Positions 30,681 to 38,138 of a stretch of 64,000 bases of DNA are shown here, one piece after another (positions within the stretch are counted from its first letter, which is position 1; every line of letters starts with the position of its first letter). A program made the translations under genes and the position numbers. The DNA is from an uncultured Gammaproteobacteria bacterium (lineage in GTDB: Bacteria > Patescibacteriota > Microgenomatia > Levybacterales > UBA12049), in NCBI GenBank assembly GCA_964637955.1, contig CAZWXQ010000003.1, positions 95,154 to 159,153 of the forward strand, given 5' to 3'. The notes beneath the pieces are model-generated. The model was not told where the DNA came from. It saw only the letters and a program-made list of their open reading frames with translations, and did not search any database.

Positions 30681-32751
30681 AATATTAACTTTTTTCGGAA
30701 TTCTTTTATTAATATTTATTGTTTTCAGAAATTGGTTTAGTTTAAATCCACTTTCGGCTGGGGACTGGGGTTATAAATTTTCAGAAACTATTGGAAAATA
30801 TCCCATCTTTCCATATGCTTGGGATTCGACAGGATTCTCAACGGGGCTTGGAAAAATTGTTATTTTTTTAATCGGCTTAAATTCATATTTTCTATCAACC
30901 ACCTCTTTATTATTTAATAATTTAAATATTCCATGGGTTTTAATTGAAAGGCTGATTTGGTTTTGGCCATTTTTATTCATCAGTTTAATAGCGCCATATC
31001 TTTTATTCTCAAAAATATTTTCAAAAAAATTTGCTTTTATATCTTCGCTCGTTTTTCTTTTTAATTCATACATCCTAATGATAGTTGGTGGTGGTCAAAT
31101 GGGAATTGCAATGGCTTACTCTTTAGCGCCTTTAATATTACTCGCAGAAATTACTTTATTAAGAAATTTAGATACAAATAAAATTTCAAGGTTGACTGAT
31201 AGGGAGCAATTAAATAGATCAATTTTACTTGGATTCTTATTTTGTTTTCAATTAATTTTAGATATAAGAATTGCTTATATAACAATTGCTATGATTCTTA
31301 TTTATCTTGGTCTATGGATTTTTACTTTCTCTTTAAATAATGGATCAAAAATCGGTAAAATAAAATTTTTAATTAAAATTATTTTTTATTCATTATTTTT
31401 ACCAGGATTAATAAGCTTACTGCTTAATTTATTTTGGATACTTCCAGGAATAATTTCAGGTAGTAATCCGATTAATGATTTAGGATCTGCATATTCATCG
31501 ATTGAAGCTGTTAAATTTTTCAGTTTTGTAAAATTAGAAAATTCTCTCAGTCTAATGCATCCATATTGGTCGGATAATATTTTTGGAAAAACACGTTTTC
31601 TTGATCCAATATTTATAATTATTCCCATTCTCGCATTCAGTTCTCTTATCTACATTAAAAACTTATCAAAAGAAAAGAAATTTTTTATTATATTTTTCAA
31701 CCTCCTTGGATTAATTGGTATTTTCTTAGCGAAGGGTTCAAGTGATCCTTTGGGAGAGATATATTTGTGGTTATTTAACTATTTTCCTGGATTTTTTATG
31801 TTTAGAGATTCATCTAAATGGTACTTATTCATAGTAATTTCTTATAGCATTTTGATTCCATTTACTATTAGTAAAATTTATGAGAGTATCGAAAAATTTG
31901 ATAATGTTAAAAAATTTACAAAAAATAAAATATTAAATCTTCAGAACATATTTTTAATTTTAATAGGTATTTATTTCTTAACTCTTTTAAAGCCTGCGCT
32001 ATTAGGTCAACTTAACGGTACATTTAAGTCAGCTCAAGTTCCATTTGAATATATTCAACTCAAGAATTTACTAGAGAAGGATAAAAATTTTTCGAGAGTA
32101 TTATGGGTACCTCAAGCATCTCGTTATGGATATTATTCAGGTGATCATCCTGCTGTTTTGGCACAAGATTATTTAAAAATTTACGACTCAGAAAAAATTA
32201 TAAAAGAACTTAAGCAAAATAAATCAAAAGACGTATTTAGTCGTGCAGGGGTTAAATATATTATTGTTCCATATGATAATTTAGGAGAAATATTTTTAGA
32301 AGATAGAAAATATAGTGATAAAAATTATTCACATTATGTAAATAGCTTGAATTCGATAGGATGGATAAAAAGAGTTGGAAATTTTGGGAAAATTGTAATT
32401 TATGAAGCTCAAGATCCAAAAGATCATTTTTGGTGTGATTGTAATGCCCAGATAAATTTTAAATATATAAATTCTACGCTTTATACAGTTAATCTAAAAA
32501 ATGTAAATAAAGGAGATAAGTTAATTTTTAACGAAGCATACGACAAAAAATGGATTATGAAAAATTCCAATTTAAATATAAATTCAGAAAAATATGATAA
32601 GAAATACAATAGTTTTGTTCTTCCCGAAGGCTCATATTCTGCTCAGATATATTATTCAGCTCAAGACTGGCTTAGGATTGGGTTGATAATAAGCTTAATA
32701 ACATTTTTTAGTTTAATGATTATTATTTTTTACTTATATAAGAAGTATTAA
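30670..32751 (+). CDS. AftD/YfhO-like polytopic membrane protein, putative GT-C glycosyltransferase
   Basis: AGDW, FWILP, PGFFMFRDSSKW, SRVLWVP, GVKYIIV; C-terminal module shared with 19615..22995. Confidence 0.68.
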   Translation: MKIKILTFFGILLLIFIVFRNWFSLNPLSAGDWGYKFSETIGKYPIFPYAWDSTGFSTGLGKIVIFLIGLNSYFLSTTSLLFNNLNIPWVLIERLIWFWPFLFISLIAPYLLFSKIFSKKFAFISSLVFLFNSYILMIVGGGQMGIAMAYSLAPLILLAEITLLRNLDTNKISRLTDREQLNRSILLGFLFCFQLILDIRIAYITIAMILIYLGLWIFTFSLNNGSKIGKIKFLIKIIFYSLFLPGLISLLLNLFWILPGIISGSNPINDLGSAYSSIEAVKFFSFVKLENSLSLMHPYWSDNIFGKTRFLDPIFIIIPILAFSSLIYIKNLSKEKKFFIIFFNLLGLIGIFLAKGSSDPLGEIYLWLFNYFPGFFMFRDSSKWYLFIVISYSILIPFTISKIYESIEKFDNVKKFTKNKILNLQNIFLILIGIYFLTLLKPALLGQLNGTFKSAQVPFEYIQLKNLLEKDKNFSRVLWVPQASRYGYYSGDHPAVLAQDYLKIYDSEKIIKELKQNKSKDVFSRAGVKYIIVPYDNLGEIFLEDRKYSDKNYSHYVNSLNSIGWIKRVGNFGKIVIYEAQDPKDHFWCDCNAQINFKYINSTLYTVNLKNVNKGDKLIFNEAYDKKWIMKNSNLNINSEKYDKKYNSFVLPEGSYSAQIYYSAQDWLRIGLIISLITFFSLMIIIFYLYKKY

Positions 32752-32787
32752 TAATACATTTAATATGATATTATTTTTTACGAAATT

Positions 32788-33810
32788 ATGAAAATACTTG
32801 TAACTGGAGCAGGGGGCTTTATGGGGAGCCATTTGGTGGATGGGCTTGTTAAAGAGAATCAAAAAGTTTTTGCAGTAGATGATTTGTCTGGAGGATTTAA
32901 AGAAAATTTAAATTCAAAAAGTTATTTCACAAAGCTTGATTTAAGAGATGAAAAAAAAGTTTCTAAATATATACAAGAAATAAAGCCTGATGTTATTTAT
33001 CATCTTGCAGCAGATGCAACAGAAGGCAGAAGTCAGTTTACCCCTATAAATTGTACAGCAAGAAATTATATGGCTTATCTTAATCTTCTTGTGCCAGCTA
33101 TAAATAATGGATTAAAGAAAATAATTTTAACCTCCTCAATGAGCGTATATGGTTCACAGAAGCCTCCTTTTAATGAGGACATGGAGAGATTGCCAGATGA
33201 CATTTATGGAGTGTCTAAAGCGTCAATGGAGAAATCGACTGAAATTCTATCAAGTGTCCATGGATTTAAATATGTAATTATCAGACCTCATAATGTTTAT
33301 GGACCCAGACAAAATATGCAAGATCCCTACAGAAACGTCATAGCAATCTTTATTAACTGCTTGTTGGGAAATAAAAACTATTATATATATGGAGAAGGGA
33401 AACAAAAAAGAGCGTTTACATATATAGATGATTTTACGCCATATATTATTAAAGCTGGGAATTTAAAGAAGGCAGAAGGTGAAATTTTCAACATTGGTCC
33501 TATGCAAGAATATACTATTAAAGAGCTGTCAGATATAATCTTAAGAAATTTTTTTCCAGATGGAGATATTCCAAAAAAATTACTACCAAAATATTTGCCA
33601 ATTAGGCCAATGGAAGTTGTTGATGCCTGGAGCACTGTTAGTAAGGCGGAAAAAATGCTCGGTTATAAAACCTCTGTTAACCTTGAAGATGGAGTTTCTA
33701 AAATGATTCAGTGGGCTAAGCCAAAAGGATATTCGAAGTTCAAGTACTTGTCTGACTTAGAAATAAACAGTGATAAAACCCCAAATACTTGGAAGAAAAA
33801 ACTAATTTAG
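32788..33810 (+). CDS. NAD-dependent epimerase/dehydratase (extended SDR)
   Basis: GAGGFMGS, SSMSVYG, YGVSK, RPHNVYGP.Q, RAFTYI. Confidence 0.88.
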   Translation: MKILVTGAGGFMGSHLVDGLVKENQKVFAVDDLSGGFKENLNSKSYFTKLDLRDEKKVSKYIQEIKPDVIYHLAADATEGRSQFTPINCTARNYMAYLNLLVPAINNGLKKIILTSSMSVYGSQKPPFNEDMERLPDDIYGVSKASMEKSTEILSSVHGFKYVIIRPHNVYGPRQNMQDPYRNVIAIFINCLLGNKNYYIYGEGKQKRAFTYIDDFTPYIIKAGNLKKAEGEIFNIGPMQEYTIKELSDIILRNFFPDGDIPKKLLPKYLPIRPMEVVDAWSTVSKAEKMLGYKTSVNLEDGVSKMIQWAKPKGYSKFKYLSDLEINSDKTPNTWKKKLI

Positions 33811-33819
33811 TCATTTAAA

Positions 33820-33828
33820 TGATATAAT
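33820..33828 (+). promoter_or_regulatory. Extended -10 promoter TGaTATAAT, 9 nt before ATG 33838
   Basis: Consensus TATAAT 33823-33828 with TG extension; no SD. Confidence 0.65.
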
Positions 33829-33837
33829 TAGATTCAT

Positions 33838-34767
33838 ATGTTAAGTGTAGTTATTCCTGTTTTCAATGAAGAAGAAAGCATTGCTCATTTCTATGAGGAG
33901 CTAAAAAAGCTTCTTCCATCTATTTCAAAAGAAAACGAAATAATATTTGTTGATGATGGATCATTTGATAGCACTTTAGGTATTATTAAAGACTTTGAAA
34001 AAAAAGATAAGTCAGTGAGTGTATTTTCATTTAGGAGAAACCATGGAAAAGCAGAAGCATTAACTTATGGTTTTCAAAAAGCAGAAGGCGATTTGGTTCT
34101 AACACTTGATGCAGATCTTCAAGATAAGCCCTCTGAAGTACACAAATTACTGGAAAAACAAAAAGAAGGATATGATTTGGTTTCTGGATGGAGAAAAAAT
34201 AGAAAAGATTCATTTGCAAAAATAATATTTTCAAAGACTTTTAACGCAGTGGCAAGGGCTTTTTGGAAAACAAAACTTCATGATTATAATTGCGGGCTGA
34301 AGCTTTATACCAGAGATGCAGCAAAATCTCTAAATCTATATGGTGGAATGCATAGATTTATTCCGCTGCTGCTTGCTCAAGAGGGATTTAGAATAACAGA
34401 AGTAGCAGTTGAACATGATGTAAGGCGTTTTGGTAAGTCGAAATACAGTGCATGGAAGGTTCTTACGCAACTTCCAGATATGATGACTATGTTATTTTTG
34501 AGTAAATTTTCCCAAAGGCCTTCTCATTTTTTTGGATTCTTGGGGGCCGTAATGTCATTTTTTGGGATTTTAATATTATTTTATCTAACTATCATACATT
34601 TCCAAGGAGAATCAATTGGCACAAGGCCACTTTTGAATCTTGGAATGCTCTTAATAATAGCTGGAATTCAAGTAGGGCTAACGGGGCTAATTGGAGATAT
34701 GATTTTAAGTACATCCAAAAAAGACCAAGTAAAAATGATGGATTTAAAATACCCTGAAAGTGAGTGA
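33838..34767 (+). CDS. GT2 polyprenol-phosphate glycosyltransferase (ArnC/GtrB-like)
   Basis: PVFNEE, VDDGS, RNHGKA, LDADLQD, VSGWR, HRFIP, R..GKSKY; two C-terminal TMs. Confidence 0.9.
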   Translation: MLSVVIPVFNEEESIAHFYEELKKLLPSISKENEIIFVDDGSFDSTLGIIKDFEKKDKSVSVFSFRRNHGKAEALTYGFQKAEGDLVLTLDADLQDKPSEVHKLLEKQKEGYDLVSGWRKNRKDSFAKIIFSKTFNAVARAFWKTKLHDYNCGLKLYTRDAAKSLNLYGGMHRFIPLLLAQEGFRITEVAVEHDVRRFGKSKYSAWKVLTQLPDMMTMLFLSKFSQRPSHFFGFLGAVMSFFGILILFYLTIIHFQGESIGTRPLLNLGMLLIIAGIQVGLTGLIGDMILSTSKKDQVKMMDLKYPESE

Positions 34768-34994
34768 TGTATATAAAACCTCAAGATATTCTATTTATCT
34801 TAATATTGATTCCACTTCTATATAAGAGAAGTCCAAAATACTTTGTAATCGCAGGACTTACCTGTCTTTTAATTTCAATGCCTCTGTTTTATAAATGGAT
34901 TTTTTTCACTGCACAAAGGTTTACTCTTTATGCATTTATTTTTCTATTTATTGCAGTTCTTTTAAATCTACTTAAGATTAGGCATAATAAGTAA
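34764..34994 (+). CDS. Small membrane protein (about 3 TM), unknown function
   Basis: 76 aa, hydrophobic, translationally coupled to the GT2 (GTGA/TGATG overlap; the start may be ATG 34767). Confidence 0.65.
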   Translation: MMYIKPQDILFILILIPLLYKRSPKYFVIAGLTCLLISMPLFYKWIFFTAQRFTLYAFIFLFIAVLLNLLKIRHNK

Positions 34995-35000
34995 ATGAGG

Positions 35001-35061
35001 CCCCGTTAGATTAATTTAATGGGGTTGTCTTATGGATAATATTAATAGTAAATCTAACGGG
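35001..35061. repeat. Inverted repeat CCCGTTAGATT / AATCTAACGGG with an alternative local hairpin
   Basis: 35002-35012 pairs perfectly (11 bp) with 35051-35061; 35001-35010 can instead pair with 35015-35024 (two G-U pairs). Confidence 0.8.
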
Positions 35062-35601
35062 ATAAAAATCGGAATTGATGTTAGTCAGCTTGCATACCCA
35101 AATACCGGAGTAGCAAATATTCTTAAAAATTTAATAAATACACTTCTTGAAACAGATAGAAAAAACGAATATGTTTTTTTCTTTTCGAGTTTACGCGGTA
35201 ATCTTGATCCAGAATTTTTAAAGCATCAAAAAAATCCTCAAGTGGAAATAAAAATGTTTAAATTTCCACCTTCTTTTTTAAACTTTTTATGGAACAAGCT
35301 TCATATCCTGCCTATAAATTATTTAATTGGCCCCGTTGATTTGTTTATTACTTCTGACTGGACTGAGCCCCCAATTAAAAAATCTAAAAAATTAACAATA
35401 ATTTATGATTTAGTTATTTTTAAAAGTCCCGAAGAAACGCATAATAAAATAGTAGAAACTCAAAAAAGAAAGCTTAAATGGGTAAAGAAGGAATCCGATA
35501 TGATTATAACTATTTCGCAGTCTAGCAAAAGAGATATTGAGAATATACTTCATATAGATTCTAAAAAAATAAGAGTAATATATCCCGGATTTAGCTTATG
35601 A
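35032..35601 (+). CDS. GT4 N-terminal (acceptor-binding) domain only
   Basis: KIGID..TGV, TIIYDL, ITISQSSKRDI, VIYPG, then stop; no C-terminal EX7E domain. Confidence 0.75.
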   Translation: MDNINSKSNGIKIGIDVSQLAYPNTGVANILKNLINTLLETDRKNEYVFFFSSLRGNLDPEFLKHQKNPQVEIKMFKFPPSFLNFLWNKLHILPINYLIGPVDLFITSDWTEPPIKKSKKLTIIYDLVIFKSPEETHNKIVETQKRKLKWVKKESDMIITISQSSKRDIENILHIDSKKIRVIYPGFSL

Positions 35602-36737
35602 ATATAGGAATAAACGGTTATGAAGCAGTAGTTCCAAGGTTTGGATTTGAAAAGAACACAGGACTTCCAAATAGAGTGGGAAGTAGTGAGTTTTGTTATC
35701 AGCTTCTAATGGCACTCTCAAAAGTTGAGAATAAGAATAAATATTTTATTTATCTTCCAGTTGAGCCAACTTCAGATATGCCAAAAGAAACTTCTAATTG
35801 GAAATACGAAGTAATTAAGTCGAAGAAAATCTGGACAATTACAGCTTTGGGTAAAAAACTCATAAAAAATAATGACAAACTCGATGTATTTTTTAGTCCT
35901 ACTCACTATGTTCCATTTATGTTTTCAATTCCGACTGTAATTTCAATTCTAGATGTGTCTTATATTCATTTTCCAAAATTATTTAATAACAAAGATCTGA
36001 TAAAGTTAAAGTATTGGGGAAAATATTCGATTGGAAGATCTAAGAAAATTATTACGATAAGCGAATCAAGTAAGAGTGATATAATCAAAACATATCAGTT
36101 AAATTCCGAAACAGTAGAGGTAGTTTACCCCGGAGTTAAGAACGATCTGAATAAGAGTAAAAAAGAATTAAGTATGGATGATTTGAGTAAAAATTTTGGT
36201 GTCGATGAAAAATATATCCTGTTTGTTGGTACTCTTCAGCCTCGAAAAAATATCGTAAGACTTATTGAAGCATTTTCAAAAATTGACAGTAACGTATTGC
36301 TTGTAATAATTGGTCGAAAAGGATGGCAATTTGAAGAAATATTAGATGCACCGAATAAGTTTGAAGTTAAAGAAAGGGTGATATTCTTAGAAAATATTGT
36401 GGATGAGGATTTACCCGCGTTTTATGAAAATGCAGAGTTTTTTATTCTTCCAAGTCTTTACGAAGGATTTGGTTTGCCAGTTCTTGAGGCCATGAAGTAC
36501 GATTGTCCTGTCATAACAAGTAACGTAAGTAGTCTCCCAGAGGCAGGAGGGAACGCAGCTCTTTATGTGGATCCTAAAGACACAGATGATATTTCTAAAA
36601 ATATGCAAAAATTACTTGATGATAAAGAGTTGAGGTCTGAATTAGTAAAAAAAGGAAAAGAGCAAATTAAAAAATTCTCATGGCAGCAGTCTGCAAAAGA
36701 TACACTTAAGGTTTTAGAGGAGGTAGCAAATGCTTAG
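35598..36737 (+). CDS. GT4 glycosyltransferase (MtfB-like)
   Basis: FVGTLQPRKN, PSLYEGFGLPVLEAM, SSLPE, FSW. Confidence 0.92.
   Translation: MNIGINGYEAVVPRFGFEKNTGLPNRVGSSEFCYQLLMALSKVENKNKYFIYLPVEPTSDMPKETSNWKYEVIKSKKIWTITALGKKLIKNNDKLDVFFSPTHYVPFMFSIPTVISILDVSYIHFPKLFNNKDLIKLKYWGKYSIGRSKKIITISESSKSDIIKTYQLNSETVEVVYPGVKNDLNKSKKELSMDDLSKNFGVDEKYILFVGTLQPRKNIVRLIEAFSKIDSNVLLVIIGRKGWQFEEILDAPNKFEVKERVIFLENIVDEDLPAFYENAEFFILPSLYEGFGLPVLEAMKYDCPVITSNVSSLPEAGGNAALYVDPKDTDDISKNMQKLLDDKELRSELVKKGKEQIKKFSWQQSAKDTLKVLEEVANA
36457..36487 (+). repeat. 31-bp exact direct repeat, copy 2 (copy 1 at 7981-8011)
   Basis: Identical to 7981-8011. Confidence 0.95.
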
Positions 36738-37284
36738 GAAGATTAAAAGAAGAACGAGTACTTTAATAAGAGAATTTGAGAATATGTTAATGGCTTGGTG
36801 TGGGCATGTTCCTTCTCATCATTTCAGAAGATTTATTTACCGACTTGGAGGAATGAAGATTGGAAAAGGATCCACAATTCATACAGAAGCCAAATTTTAT
36901 AATGCAAAAAATATAAAAATTGGAAAAGATACCATTATAGGAGAAGGAGCTGTTCTTGACGGACGCGATAAACTTCTGATTGGTGATCACGTGGATTTAG
37001 CATCAGAAGTGATGATTTATAATTGTGAACATGATGTTAATGATCCTGATTTCAAGTCGTCCTGTGGGGTTGTTGAAATTGGAGATTATGTATTCATCGG
37101 TCCAAGGGTGATAATTCTTCCTGGGGTAAAGATTGGAAAAGGAGCTGTAGTCGGGGCTGGAGCAGTTGTTACTAAAGACATCGAAGAATTTAAGATAGTT
37201 GGTGGAGTTCCCGCAAAAGAAATTGGTGAGCGAAAAAATAAAACCCCAAATTATAAATTAGGAAGAGCTGCCTGGTTTAGATAG
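36730..37284 (+). CDS. Left-handed beta-helix acyltransferase (WcaF/WbbJ-like)
   Basis: Hexapeptide repeats, ILPGVKIGKGAVVGAGAVVTKD, GGVPAK. Confidence 0.9.
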   Translation: MLRKIKRRTSTLIREFENMLMAWCGHVPSHHFRRFIYRLGGMKIGKGSTIHTEAKFYNAKNIKIGKDTIIGEGAVLDGRDKLLIGDHVDLASEVMIYNCEHDVNDPDFKSSCGVVEIGDYVFIGPRVIILPGVKIGKGAVVGAGAVVTKDIEEFKIVGGVPAKEIGERKNKTPNYKLGRAAWFR

Positions 37285-37285
37285 T

Positions 37286-38137
37286 ATGCCGGAAGTCACG
37301 ATAATTATTCTTACATATAACTCCGAAAGCTACATTGAAAGCTTACTAAAAAGTCTTAAGGATTTTGCAAAAGGTCAGGAGATTATCGTCGTGGATAATG
37401 CTTCGTCAGACGAAACTACAAAAATTGCTAAAAAATTTGATTCTTCAAAAGTTATAGAAACTGGAGAAAATTTAGGCTTTGCTAAAGGAATTAATTTGGG
37501 TTCTAAAAAAGCAAGAGGAAGGTTTTTGTTATTTTTAAATCCTGATGCAGCTTTTGAAAAAGGTAATATTGAAGATTTGACTAAGATATTTGAATCGCAT
37601 GAAAAAGTTGGCGTAGTAGGAGGCAAACTAATTGGGAAAGATGGAAAGCCTGAAAAATCTGCAGGCAAGTTTTTTAATTTTTTTGAAGTAGTAATGATTG
37701 CACTCGGACTCGATGAAAAATTTGGGCTGAGATATTCTCCTGAAAAAATCACCAAAGTTGATTTTGTAAGCGGTGGATTTATGATGGCAGAAAAAGAATT
37801 GTTCCAAAAATTAAGCGGCTTTGATGAAAATTTCTTTATGTACGTCGAGGATATGGAGCTTTGCTATAGAGTAAAGAAAAGTGGATATAAAGTTTATTTT
37901 ACACCTGAAGTAGTAATTTCACATGTTGGACAAGGAAGTAGTAATAGAAGTTTTGCCGTCATCAATATTTATAAAGGTATAATTTATTTCTTCAAAAAAC
38001 AAAAATATCCTATTGAATACTTTACTGTAAAATTGATATTTTGCTCTAAGGCTATTACGCTTTACTTACTAGGAATAATTTTAAATAACAGTTATTATAA
38101 AAGCACTTACAAAGAAGCTTTTAAAGCAATTAAATAA
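37286..38137 (+). CDS. GT2 glycosyltransferase (WbbL-like)
   Basis: VDNASSD, NLGFAKG.N, LNPD, GFDE.FFMYVEDMELCYR. Confidence 0.9.
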   Translation: MPEVTIIILTYNSESYIESLLKSLKDFAKGQEIIVVDNASSDETTKIAKKFDSSKVIETGENLGFAKGINLGSKKARGRFLLFLNPDAAFEKGNIEDLTKIFESHEKVGVVGGKLIGKDGKPEKSAGKFFNFFEVVMIALGLDEKFGLRYSPEKITKVDFVSGGFMMAEKELFQKLSGFDENFFMYVEDMELCYRVKKSGYKVYFTPEVVISHVGQGSSNRSFAVINIYKGIIYFFKKQKYPIEYFTVKLIFCSKAITLYLLGIILNNSYYKSTYKEAFKAIK

Positions 38138-38138
38138 T

